A DNA stretch of 59,970 nt, counting the filler, from Sphacelaria rigidula (Eukaryota), in NCBI GenBank assembly GCA_964200075.2. It is 10 parts of 10 records of this genome, joined end to end, with 100 filler letters (N's around TTAATTAATTAA, not from the genome) between each part and the next. Parts side by side here need not be neighbours in the genome. Positions count along the whole stretch, not along the records: positions 36,046 to 41,952 come from CAXNAA020023584.1; positions 42,053 to 47,958 come from CAXNAA020023585.1; positions 48,059 to 53,964 come from CAXNAA020023586.1; 7 more parts are not named here. The stretch is one strand, 5' to 3'. Positions 38,601 through 50,609 of this stretch are shown piece after piece (the stretch's first letter is position 1; each line of letters starts with the position of its first letter). The position numbers were made by a program, and so were the translations under genes. A model generated the notes under the pieces. The model saw only the letters and a program-made list of their open reading frames with translations, did no database searches and was not told where the DNA came from.

Positions 38601-39385
38601 AATCGTCACAAGCAGGGCAATTGCTCCCCCGTGCCGGTCCCACCGTGGAGAGCAGAAGGTGTGAGGATAGGATGCCATTGTGGAGACTGTGTTATCGACT
38701 GAAGCTCACCTTTAGATTGCTTCTTTCGACGACGGTTGTGACAGCATGCATAAGTCGGTCGACATGCGACACTGGAACTGTCAAGCGCAGCTGTTTGTAG
38801 GTGCCCTCCCTGTCTTCCGGCCCTTAAGGACGACGGCGCGCGGTAATTCTGACCGCCATTGGTACGGCAGAATCTGAAAATATCCACATGTATATCATCT
38901 CCAGTTATACATGATGGAGAAGGCGGTGAGTATGATCCTGGTGGCCGTTGACGAGGTCGATCAACCTCGCGCGCTGCTCGACTATGAAAACCTGACGGTA
39001 CAGCCGCCAGCCTAGCCACCGTAGTGGAACGCACGCCGAAGAATTACGCCGGATTAGCCCCTACCCCAATGCCAGCCCCAAACCGCCAGCAAAACGATGA
39101 ATGGCTATCCACCGCGTGATGTTCGATTCCAGAGTGCATGGAGGGCCTTGTTTAATCGACATGGGCGAAAACAAACAGAAGCGTTAATCTTCCAATTTGC
39201 TCAATACGAGGGTATTTTTTCATATCGATTATACGTGTGGGTTGTTGCCCCCCCCAAACCAACCACTTTCTCGGGAGGAGGCTATATCGGAGAACACACC
39301 CCACACCCGCGACATGCGGACGACCAGCGCGCAACGAAGGAAAACTGACGATGCTATTGCGTGCTTGCGACGTGATATTGTACAG

Positions 39386-39716
39386 GGCTCATCACACGAG
39401 CATACACGAGGATAATCTACCCCGCCGCCACTGCACTCTCATTGACCAACAAGAGCCACTCCCTGTGAAGAGACCGCCGAAGCTCATCATAGTCTCCATC
39501 GATGTCGAGAAAAGAACGCTGATCACGACAAACGATGACAACAAGAGATACTTCAGGCGGTTCGTTGAAACGGTGCTGGAAGTCTTGCATCCGATGGGCA
39601 ACATCGCCTTTGCAGTCCCGCGGCCCTGGAATCGACACGGACATCGTATCCAAGGTATCACGGTCTGCACGGTTCGTGGCGGGCAAAACCACGGCATCGA
39701 TGTTGCTGAAAACAGG
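39386..39716 (+). CDS. Exon of unknown gene, methyltransferase-like N-terminal half (PKLIIVSIDVE...YFRRFVETVLEVLHPMGNIAFAV)
   Basis: GTACAG acceptor, GTAGGC donor, open frame, phase 0 to 39971. Confidence 0.6.
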
Positions 39717-39970
39717 GTAGGCACTTCTGAGTCGGTATCCGCCACACGTGCGCGGATAGGGTAAATTGCGTGCTTCGTTTAGTCCGTCACATTGCATCGC
39801 CGCTTTCCTACATCGTTCATTGCTCTTATACGGCGTCCTGTGGTGATGTTGATACTCCCCTGGCACCCCCTGAACACCCATCGTCGCTGCGATCCACCGC
39901 GGCGCGCACCCCTACGTTGGCGCGATCGAAGTCGACCCCTCTATTGTGGTCGAAGACGACTACATGCTAG

Positions 39971-40266
39971 TACTCCAGCCGCCACGGAGGCTCCCGAAAG
40001 AAACACGAGAGATATCATTTTTACCCTTATATGGAGGGCATTATGGTGGCACACAAGCAACCGAGCGAGGAGAACAAAACATTCACGGTAAACCCGAGGG
40101 TGACCTTCGCCGATCCCTACGGCACGAAGAGCAACGGCAAAGTGCCGGAATGCTGGCAAAAGATGGGCGGGGGGCCAAAAGACAAGCTTGCGTACAAGCA
40201 GGGCGGGCCTGTTGGGGGACCTGTCAATTCCTTCCCGCCGCGGGTACTGACTACATTCGTCAACAG
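39971..40266 (+). CDS. Exon (FYPYMEGIMVAHK...VNSFPPRVLTTFVN)
   Basis: GCTAG acceptor, GTGATA donor, open frame, phase 2 to 40666. Confidence 0.6.
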
Positions 40267-40665
40267 GTGATAGCATATTTTCTGACCCCGTATCCTCCTT
40301 CCCATGTAAGACAGTACGCACTTTCGATGATCCTAGTGGAAACTTCACTTCCGGTGGGCGGGTAGCGCCGGAACATGCCGCGCCGTGAAAGACATGAGCT
40401 GAATCGACGTCATTGTGGGTGTTGTGGCCAACAACACCCGCACATGTGTGTGTGTCACTTCCGGATGTTGTGCTTTTGTCGAACGGAGGGGTGTCCGAAA
40501 TACCAGAGAGATCCGAGGCATGCATGCACGTGGTAACTAATACATGTTGGGACAAGTCTCGGCAAAAGCTTCGAGCGGGAATCATCAAATTCAGAATGCT
40601 CCCCACAGTAATTAGTTGTGGTGAATCTTTCATGACGTCGTGATCATCCTACTGTCATCGGACAG

Positions 40666-40846
40666 GTTCACCCTGGCTGGAGATGCCGTGATGGGGATCG
40701 GGGTGGAGAGCACGCAGCTACTGGAAGTCGCTCTCGAGCTTGGTCTTCCCACGGAGCTCTTCCTCCACAACCGCGGTCTCGCGACCGAGATTGGGGGTCG
40801 TATGAAGAGGGCCTTCCGAAAGGCTTTCATGTCGGGGATGTTCAAG
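40666..40846 (+). CDS. Exon (RFTLAGDAVMGIGVESTQLLEVALELG...SGMFK)
   Basis: GACAG acceptor, AAG|GTAAGC donor, phases consistent on both sides. Confidence 0.7.
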
Positions 40847-40966
40847 GTAAGCCCCCAAAAAACCGAATGCTTGCTCGAGGTATGCCGATCCTTATCCCGC
40901 GTCTTCGGCCGATGCGCAGGCACCGAATCGGATTTGATTACTCGCGACTTATATCTGCTGTGCCAG

Positions 40967-41182
40967 ATGAAGCTTACACCAATGACCCCGACCTCGCGTG
41001 TGTTCATGCGTCACCTTTGCCGGCAGTATGATATCAGCGGCGAGGTGTACGTGGGGCCGACGCTGCTCCCATCAGCGCTGCCCGCAGACACTACGCCGGG
41101 AGGATTGCTGGTTCGGGGTCCGGGAGACACGACCCAAAAGATCATGACGGGTGCTGCACAGACTTTCGGCTACAAGCTGGAG
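40967..41182 (+). CDS. Exon (MKLTPMTP...AAQTFGYKLE); gene probably continues off the contig
   Basis: TGCCAG acceptor, GAG|GTGAGA donor, phase 0. Confidence 0.65.
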
Positions 41183-41308
41183 GTGAGAACAGCGCTGCAT
41201 GGGGGGCGATAAAGACACTGTGACCCCGTAGTCCTCTTTTCCCTCGCCTCTTACCACCGTTTGCGTCCTGATATGTACGTGAGTGTCTCATGATTTGAAG
41301 GGATGTCG

Positions 41309-41408
41309 AGTGTACTCATGATCATGCATGCCATAGTCATAAGACCATTGACCTCGCTTCCCTACATAGCCGGGACGCAGCACGCGGGGTTCTCGCCGGA
41401 CCAGGCTT
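41309..41408 (-). mobile_element. 5'-truncated family-B retroposon with TSD
   Basis: Flanked by direct repeat AAGGGATGTCG at 41298-41308 and 41410-41420. Confidence 0.75.
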
Positions 41409-41489
41409 AAAGGGATGTCGGGGGTGCACGAGAAAGAAATCAAATGTACACCTATGAACCCTGCCCCCCCTACCCGAACGGGACGGAAC

Positions 41490-41820
41490 GGGACGTGGTA
41501 GAGGGGGAAATCCGGGACGTGAACAAAGGTGGTATGCAATCGTTTGAGGCATCAGACAATAGGGAGAAAACGATGGCTATACTAGGAGATAGATGATGGC
41601 TAGAGACGGCGAAACAGAACGGGGATAAGATATGTAAAAGGTTCTTGTCTAAAGTATGAAATAAACGTGGTGAGCTCGTGAAGACACGTAATGATCGCAA
41701 AAATGTTGGAGGTGTCTCTATTAGAAGTAGGAACGGTGCTCCGTCTCGAAAAAGATGCGTGGTCAATGGTCAAACGACTGAGGCAAGCAACAAACGAGTG
41801 CGCCCCTCCCCCTACCCCCT
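41490..41820 (+). mobile_element. LINE family A, ORF2 C-terminus and 3' end
   Basis: Decayed EKTMAILGDR...NVGGVSIRSRNGAPSRKRCVVNGQ; homologous to 53302-53754; C-rich tail. Confidence 0.8.
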
Positions 41821-42346
41821 GAGAGGTCCAAATAAAAAAGGGGGACATCGGTGTGCGTTTTTGTTTTTTCATGCACCCTTGGAGATAACAACAAATTGTG
41901 CGAATTGAGGTTCAACTCCGAGATGAGGTTCAAGCCTAAAACAGTGCTTTCCNNNNNNNNNNNNNNNNNNNNNNNNNNNNNNNNNNNNNNNNNNNNTTAA
42001 TTAATTAANNNNNNNNNNNNNNNNNNNNNNNNNNNNNNNNNNNNNNNNNNNNACGGCCCAATTCGTTTCCGGTGATGAGATATTGCTCTGCCAGGTTAAA
42101 TCCGTTTCTGGGCTGGCCCAGCTCGTGAAAAAAAACGAAAAGCCTTCGGGACCTCACATACAGCTTTTCTTCATGCCCTGTTGGTTGTCTACACCAAATT
42201 TCACTTTTCAACTCCAAGAAAAAGATTGCGAATTCGCCTGCGAAGTACAAATCCGCTCGTAGGCTGGCCCAGCCTGAATGGAATTTTGTAGTTGTAGACT
42301 CTTGTTTTTTTTCTCTTTGATGATGATTATTGATTATTGCATTCAG

Positions 42347-42470
42347 GGACACCATCAACGTCGGATGGGATGGGAGTATTTACGACTGCGACTTCAATCA
42401 GCAGCTGGCGTTGGGAATGGGTACCGCTGGCACGAACGCGCGGGCTTCGGAGAAACTCCGTAGCTTGGGG
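42347..42470 (+). CDS. arsS: ArsS-family (DUF3641) radical SAM protein, penultimate exon (DTINVGWDGSIYDCDFNQQLALG)
   Basis: Signature V.WDG..YDCDFNQ; TTCAG acceptor, GTATGT donor, phase 0 to 43070. Confidence 0.88.
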
Positions 42471-43069
42471 GTATGTCATCCTGCAGCTAGTATATATCGA
42501 GCGTTGTTTCTTTCGAGTTGTGGGTGCTCATGCTACCTAGTGCACCAGATGGCTCGGTGCGCTTGTGTATTTCCTGTCAACACAAGCAACCATGTATGGG
42601 CTCTTCGCAGAAAAAAAAGTGTCGAAGGTGCCGTGTCAACGGTGCCAAAAGATGGATAATGGATAATGGATGCTGGATGCTGGATGCAATGCACTTGGTG
42701 GTCGCGTTGCCTCCTGCTCGACTCCGTTGACTTTCTTAACTGTTGATAGTTCAATCTGCGCAACACTTTTGCAAGTGTGTGTATGTTTGGTATCGTAGTG
42801 CAATCGTGGTGCCCCTTCCTTATGTGCCGTTGAGTCGTAAGCGGATATCTGTGCTAAGATATGAAGTGATGACTGGTTTATCCACGTGAGTGTCTCTATA
42901 CTCTTATCGAGCTATCCAGCCAGTAGAGCCGTCGAGGATAGGGGGCGTCGAAAGCGTGTGATCCGAGCTGGCTGCAAGTGATTCATTAATTCATTGATAC
43001 CTATCTTCTCACTCGTCACGGCGTGCTCGCACAACTGTGCTTGAACAACTGGATCTAATTGCCACGCAG

Positions 43070-43195
43070 ACGGGCTACACAATCTTCGACGTGGATTCCG
43101 TGGACGACATGCGCAGCACTGAGATCGTCCTTGAGAGCCACTGCTACGGGTGTACGGCGGGAATGGGATCTAGCTGCCAGGGGGCAACTGCGTGA
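43070..43195 (+). CDS. arsS: ArsS-family (DUF3641) radical SAM protein, last exon (TGYTIFDVDSVDDMRSTEIVLESHCYGCTAGMGSSCQGATA*)
   Basis: Not in the ORF track. CGCAG acceptor; family C-terminal motif HCYGCTAG.GSSC.G; TGA stop at 43193-43195. Confidence 0.9.
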   Translation, partial: TGYTIFDVDSVDDMRSTEIVLESHCYGCTAGMGSSCQGATA

Positions 43196-45890
43196 CACCA
43201 AACGGGGTGACGGGATGATCGTTTGACATGGCCACTGCTGTGTCATCTTGCGGAGATTGTTGTCGCTCACCGTCCATGAAATTGTTTATCTCGCTCGTTA
43301 TGCCGGCATGAAACTAGTCGAAGGCCGTCCAACAATTTGTGGCAGCGCCGCCTCGCAGCGCCCACGGTTGTATTTTTCCAGTGCATACGAGCACAAACCA
43401 AACATAATTTTAGGGGGGATGCCCTCAAGTTTTTTAAGCTGATGAATGATGAGTGTGTGCAGTGTTGTGAAAGCAAATGTGAGGATAACGAAAAAATATC
43501 GTTGTGTAAACGCCTCTCCCCCCCCCCCCCTGGGGCTACGAGTACGGCCCAAGCCAATATTTATCATGGCACTTGAATTTTGGAGACCTTCGATATGCAG
43601 CTGTTGGCCTCTCCAATCAGGTGTTTCTTTGAGAAGTTGGTATTGACATCCGTATTTATCGATTGCTTGATGTGATGACTGACGCCAGTCATGGGCATGA
43701 CAAGATGGGTCGAGAGAAGTTGAAGATACATATTACAAGAAGTACAAGGAGCAACTTGCATATCTGTATGCATCGGTAGGTACAAGTTGCAAAGCCAAGA
43801 ATGTTCTGTGTGTGTTTTGGATTCGAGGCCTTAATCATTCTTGGAGTTTGCCCTTCGTGCGTTGAGGGGAGATTGAGATTCGTTGACATGCGAACACGTA
43901 CCGTGTAATATTAATATTAACATTGTGGGGTTTGGCAATTTAGAGAGTGTTGAACGTACGTATTGTTTTGTGTGTGTTGATAGGTATTTTCCGTTGACAT
44001 CTTGAATGCCTGATAATCCGTTCTGGCGATCAGCACATGTCATGGGATATCAGGAAATATCAGGGAATGTTCTTGGGAGAACAATTAAATATTCGCTTGG
44101 AATTATATTTTTGGTTGACCTCCTGACGGCGCGCGCTGTATAGCAACCGCATATTTGTTTTGAACTAAAGGTCTGTGGCGCGTCTTCTGGAGCGTTTTGT
44201 GGGACGTGTGAATCACAGACGAAAGAGCAGAGACCAAAAAGCAAACACGGCCAACAAAGTGATGCGATTCGATCCTTGGAACGTCAAGGTGTGTCTGGCT
44301 GTCGAGTCAGCATCACGTATTTGGGTGAAACTACCGCCAGGCAGGCGTAAGTAAGTTGACGACCTGCGGGCGATCGAAACGGCTGAAGCGTTCCTTCCGT
44401 CTGCATATTCGAGAGACGATAATCGATCGTGTTTCAGAGTTCCCACGTCGTCAGTGGAAGAAAAAGCTGGCTGGGGCGTGAATTGGTCGCGAATGACATG
44501 GAGTGTGTAGACTGCGGGCTAATATGCTGCGGCACCGGTACCAGCCACGATCTGAACCGATGAGAGGAGGGATGCAACCTCCTTTGTAATCTTAACGGGC
44601 ATCGATGACCTACCTACCTTTGCACGGGCTTTCAAAACCAACATTTATGGCCAAGTACGGCGATACGATTTGACACTTGACATTTGCATCTAGCGCCACG
44701 CCCCAGTGGTGAAATATTTGGACGTACTTGAATGCATAAACGGGATCTAATCTTGGGCGCTAACATCGTAAGGACGTCAGTGTTGATGTTGCAGGCCCAA
44801 GACTTCCGTCGGAATCATTCCGTTAGCATTGGAAGATTGACAGATTGCAACATTTAAATGACTGTGCTTGAAAATCTGCGAGTATTTGATCTAATCCTTT
44901 TGGCAGACAAATGCCGGGCAAGACACCTATCGGTTGACCCCTTGCAACTGCGAAATCTTGCCGATAACGGCGGGGCGAGGGCGGAAGTAAGACTGGAGCG
45001 CTAGCGTCGAGAATGATCAGACGCTCCACGAACTATTTCACACTTCGGACAACTCAAGTCAGGTTGACTCGAGATTACTCTTCCCCCCATAACTCGCCTG
45101 CGAGTTCTAGTAGCATAACACAGCGGTGCATATTCTGGTCGGGTGAGTTGTACAAAATGAGTCATCGGTGCAACGTCTGACTGGATGACTTTCACCACGT
45201 AACTCATGGGTTGGAGAGAGAGAGAGACGTGACCCTTGTTTTTGTGTTGTGAGTTCTGAGATGAGTAAGGAATTACCGCCCGAACAATGTTTTCGTGAAA
45301 TTGAGAGTTGAATATAATAATATTGAGAGTGACTTTTGTTCTGACCGGCGCGACATTCATCATTTATGTTGTCACACGACACGTTGGCTTCTAGCATACT
45401 AAGAGGCACGTTGACCCTTAGGGCAGTAGACCTGATGAAATGTTCGTACAGAGTGGTTGACAGGGATGAATGACTACTCGATTTTAGAGTCGATAAAGTT
45501 CTGAAAAAAATATGGTTTGGGGCAGGTGAGCAGTGGACCCAGCTCGTCTAGAACGTGTTTTTGTCGAAATCGGAGCCTGCCGCGACGATTCGAAGTCTGC
45601 TAACGCACACTTTGCCTAGGGGAAACTATACACCCTCTTCGCCCGAGGGTCTCGTGCGCCTTGGGTCGGGGTTAGTGTTAGTGTTAGTGTTGGTGTTGGT
45701 GTTGGTGTTCGTGTTCGTGTTCGTGTTGGTCTGTAACATTCAATGATGTTCCCCATCAACCATTTTTATCTGCGAACATTTCTTCACGCTTTTTTCGAAA
45801 TACCGCGAGGGTAGGTTACCCGCTGAATCGGGATCAATTTTTACTTGAAAAAAGTATGCCTGATCCAGATGGACTACCCGCACCGCGGCT

Positions 45891-46120
45891 GTCGCACAGG
45901 TGGCTCAGTTGGTAACCTCGGAACCTTCTGACGGTTGGGTCGTGGGTCTCACACCATGCCCAACAGTGGAGAGCGACTATATGTTGGGTACACAGAAGTC
46001 GATTTGATGATCGACGAGGGAAAGGGACTGCTGAACCCCTTTGGCGATGAAAAAGGAAAGGCAACCACCGCAGGAGGTAGATGGAGTACCAAAAACAAAT
46101 GGGGCGACAAGACACACACC
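45891..46120 (+). mobile_element. Internally deleted copy of the tRNA-derived SINE
   Basis: A box TGGCTCAGTTGG and body match 23296-23530; B-box segment and part of the 3' region are missing. Confidence 0.8.
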
Positions 46121-48058
46121 CGAATCACGGGCTGAGGGTTACCCTTAGACCGCGAGGGTAGGTGACCTACTCAGTCGGTCGGCATTAATACTCACTTGAA
46201 AACAGTTTGCGTGATCGGCCTTGGTAGACCCAAAATCGGCGCCTGTGCAGTAGAGCTTACCGGCATCGGGCTACGTTTAGGAATGGTTGATATTTCTCGG
46301 ATTGAGAGTGAACCACTAGAAGCGGAATTTATTGGGCTGACAGCCCCGTCTGCTCCTCGTGTGCGTACAAAACGCGTTTTTCGTTGAATTCGGCGCCACA
46401 GGCGCCGGGTTGGGGTCTACTAAGGCCGCACTTGGCCCAGGGAATGTACGTTTCGCCCTCGCCCGTGGGTTCTCGGTGTGCGTTGGGTCGGGGTTAGGGT
46501 TCAGGGTGAGGGTAGCGATACTTGTAAAATTGTGTCAACAATTGTAAAACGTAGCCCAACGATCGTTAACTACGGAAGCCCTACGACATCCGTCCGCTGT
46601 TGTTTGAAAGAACATGAAGAACGTGTCACACCGAGGGTGGGCCCTCTGTTTCTTCGGCACATTTTTTACTTCAAAAATGCTCATCCTGGTGGTCAAATAA
46701 GGGTCAAACTTTACAGCTGGCGGCAGGAACGGATCACGCTTCCTGGGGCTTTGGTGGAATCTCACCCTTCAGGAATTCTGATGGACGAAGGGATAGACAC
46801 AGCGGGATGACGGAGGATAAGACGACTGCACTGTACTGTCGTTTTATTTGGGCTTCCGTGTACACACAGTACGGCACTACACAGTCATGTGTACCGTCCT
46901 GTCTGTAGGCCATAACTCACTTTGCGGTAGAGATGGCACGGTGATCATCATGGCGTTACCGATAGACTTAGCGCAACAAATAGACAGTAGAATATGTAGC
47001 CGCTATGATGTTGTCTGTTACAGTACACCCCACTCTCTCTACCTTGGGTTTTCTGTGCTTCTCTGGGTACACAAAGCAGCACCGCTTTTCCCTTCATAAT
47101 TTGTCGGTGTGCATCATGCATGGAGGATGGAGATGAGCGAGCAGATAATTTTGAGCTTTAAAATTTTTCAACACAGAGCACTTTTTCGTTTTCGAGCTGG
47201 CAGTGGGGTAGTCCAGTAGACTCGACCATGCAACGAGTAGTGAGAGATGAGAGAGAGAGTGCGACATCGTGTTGATGCTGTACTACTACTGTACTTTGCG
47301 TTGGTTGTGCTGGCTCGGATTGAAATAGTTTGACCCAAGTTGCACCACGGTCAGGGAGGGTCGTGGTCATGCGGCGCTGACTAGCCGCACGTGTTTTTGC
47401 CATTATCCCAGGGTGCACAGCAACCAAGGCGGGGCCGGCCGGCATATAGAGCCCTCCTGGACTCAGAACAAGGTCACAAGATTGCTTGCTCCAAGGGCTT
47501 CCTCCCTCACTAGGGCCTGGAGACTTCAAGACAGTTGTTATTCATAAACACACAGCCTTCGTTATCAGAAGTAACCACATGCGTGAAGCATGTGATGTCC
47601 AAATCCACATAATCTGCCGATCAGACCCGCAAGTCCGTCAACCAATAGAAAACGCCTGCAGCAGATTGTTCCACTTGTAAATCATCATGAACCTGCACGT
47701 ACGTGTACTGGAGGTGGACTATTCTACAGCACCCCCCAAATCTCTGCACTGCTCGAAGCAGAACGCGAGTTTGACAAAACAGTAGACACCGACTATCGCG
47801 TATGCTACCTTTGTCCCCCCGGTGGGGACACACGACCTTGTACTGTCATGTTCCACAAAAACAATGACGTGTACAACTTTGAACATCGACATTCAAAGAC
47901 AGTGTCTCAAGCGAACTCAGGGAAGTCAACCATTCTTCAACGGTAATTTCCACGTAAGNNNNNNNNNNNNNNNNNNNNNNNNNNNNNNNNNNNNNNNNNN
48001 NNTTAATTAATTAANNNNNNNNNNNNNNNNNNNNNNNNNNNNNNNNNNNNNNNNNNNN

Positions 48059-48256
48059 GTGTGATGACTATGGCATGCATGGTCATGAGTGCACCCCCCC
48101 CCCTCCCCCCCCCCCGCCGCCAACCCTCTTGCCCAAATGTTGGAGTGTCCTATGACAGGAGTAGGAACGGTGCTCTGTCTCGAACGGGATGCGTGATCAA
48201 CGGTCAAATGACTAGTGCAAGCAACAAATGAGTACGCCTCTCCCCTCCCCACCCTC
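48059..48256 (+). mobile_element. Tandem family-B end, C run, family-A end, C-rich tail
   Basis: ATGACTATGGCATGCATGGTCATGAGTGCAC+Cn, then CCCAAATGTTGGAG...GCAAGCAACAAATGAGTACG+C-rich. Confidence 0.8.
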
Positions 48257-49308
48257 TTGAGGACTCGTTCATCGTCTCGAAAAATCGATTCATGTGTCTC
48301 CCGCTAGCGACCACACACTCGACTATCTATCATCTATCATCTATCATTTTATCGTCAGGCGACCTTAACAATACTAAATACTATTACTTTTTGTTGTCCG
48401 AAGTTTTTTCTCCTTTTTTTTTTTTCGTCTTTGTTCATACCCACTTATATTTCTTCTTCCCATTTCCTGTTTTTCCTTTTTCCTTTTTTCCTTTTTTCCT
48501 TGTTTTCGTTTGGAGTACACTCATATTATGCTCTCTCATATTCCCGTATTTTCTCTCGAGTTTCATGTGGTGATCGTTTCTGTTTCTTGTGTACCTTGAG
48601 TAAGTGCGTCTAACTTGTGACCATGCCTGTATAATGACTCGTAGCGGACTGGTCATTCTACAACAATCAAATGAACCGAGGGTGTGTCGGGTAGAATATT
48701 TCCCACATTTGTGTGTTTTGCAAAATCGTGCTCCAAGAACCCAAGACTTGGGTAAGAGTATTGAGATTGTACTAAGCAATAACCAGATATTGGGTAGAAT
48801 ATTGATTAAAATCGTGCTCTAGGCACCCAAAACTTGGAGATCGTACTCATCAATAACCAGATGTAGGATAGAGTGTTTACTTCGTACCTAACTATACCCA
48901 ATATATGGGTAAGAGCTTGGAAATCGGACCATCGCAACACAAAAATCGGGAGAGTGAGTACTCGGGTATATACCCTACCCAATACACCATTGAAATCAAC
49001 CTAAAGTAAAAATGATACCAACCGGTGTGCGGGCAAACTCCCGGGCTCCGTCGAGCGACGTTTGTCGACATCTTTTTTCAGTGAAGGTTACGCATTTGTC
49101 GTGAAAATGATTGGCTATTTGTAGAGTGAAGCACCGGTATTCGGATCTTTCGAGGAACTGACAGTCCCGAGTGCTCCCAACTGTCCCAGAATGCTTTATT
49201 GTCTTCATCGGCGCCATAGCGTCCGAGTTGATGTCTGCCAACGCGCACCTCGCCTAGAGCCCCCTTTGCACCCCCGTTGCCCGAGGATTCTCGTACGTCG
49301 TGGGTTAA

Positions 49309-49533
49309 CCCCCTTGACGGCGAGAGTAGGTCATGTGTTGAATCGGCATCAATTTCACTCGGAAAAATCATCCATGATCCAGATGATTTGTTCACCCTCG
49401 CGGCCAAGGGGCGACGTGTCCAGGGGTAGTCAACACCCCTGGGCCGCGGGGCTAAACCAGCTGGATCATTCGTGATTTTTTCACGTGAAATTATTGCCGA
49501 TTCAACAGATGACCTACTCTCGCCGCCAAAGGG
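49309..49533. mobile_element. piggyBac-type foldback MITE
   Basis: TTAA|CCCCCTTGACGGCGAGAGTAGGTCAT...ATGACCTACTCTCGCCGCCAAAGGG|TTGA; arms complementary over ~100 bp. Confidence 0.85.
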
Positions 49534-50023
49534 TTGAGGCTACGGTTAGTGTTAGTTCAAAATTGCAAGTTTCCGAGAACATTTTTTTTTCAGACGACCG
49601 AAGCGTATACCGACCGACACCAGAAGGAAATGAGTTGTGAGGCATGAGAGGGTGAGCATAGGTCAACTTATTCGTACATACATTCATCGGTATTTTGAAG
49701 ATATATGTACAAGGACCGTCGGGCTATGACCCCCGATGGGTTGCTTGATGCTGTGAAGCAGCATGCCGGGTATACTACAACCGGCGGAAAGCATGACACT
49801 GCGCGGGCTGCAGCAGAGCACGGACTCTCTACACTCTAGATTCGAAGCCCACAAAATCCTCCGCCACACTTACAAGGGCAGGTCGGGTAGGGTATGTACT
49901 TTAGAACACTCGGGTAAAATACCCGGGTATTTACTCTACCGAACGTTTGGGTACGTAGATTGGGTACGGTCTCAATACTCTACCCATATTTTGGGTAGAT
50001 TGGTTACGGCCTCAAATACTCTA

Positions 50024-50609
50024 CGGGCTGGGCCAGCCGACAGTGATTTTGGAATGTGCCCGGGCCCGGCTGTGGGTAATTCGAAAAGTTGGGCGCTGAA
50101 GTTGTGATACATCATCAATACGCACAACCTCCCGGGGGATGCAACGAAAAAAACAAAAAACAGAAAGTTACAGCGATTTGAAGTTTCTGCAAAAACTGAA
50201 GAAATGCTATGACTCCGTGAAGATAAAGAAATACGTCGGCATCCCTCGTGGTGCTGTTCGTACTATGTGTAGGCCAAAAATACCTCAATTTGGACGCAGC
50301 AGAGTAGGGCACTTTCTAGGTGACACTACTGCGCCCCTTTAATCTGAGAGATATATGAGACTCCAGTTATGGACTATGGAGGTCACGAGTTCGAATCCCA
50401 GCGGATCCCTTTTTTTTGTTCCGTCGGTAAGGTCATAAATTATGCAGTACTTGTTTTCTCTTTTTTTTTTTCTTCATTCAGCGGCGGTGCCGTGCGTTAC
50501 CAGGTTGGTCTGAAGGCCACACCGATATACTCAAGTCAGGCTGATTCGGTAAACTTGATGAAGTTATGGCGTGACATGCAAATGCGGAATTTACTGCTGG
50601 CCCAGCTCG
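50024..50609. mobile_element. TA-target TIR element (Tc1/mariner-type TSD) nested in the hAT-like element
   Basis: TA|CGGGCTGGGCCAGC...GCTGGCCCAGCTCG|TA; removing it restores the host motif TACTCTACCCAATTTTTGGG. Confidence 0.75.

Noticed and set aside
43193..43300. Selenocysteine readthrough of the arsS TGA
   Set aside because: The Sec-equivalent position is TGC, the TGA falls at the normal family C-terminus, and I saw no SECIS.
45665..46512. Telomere
   Set aside because: Only short degenerate GGGTTA-like tracts inside dispersed repeats, not a terminal array.
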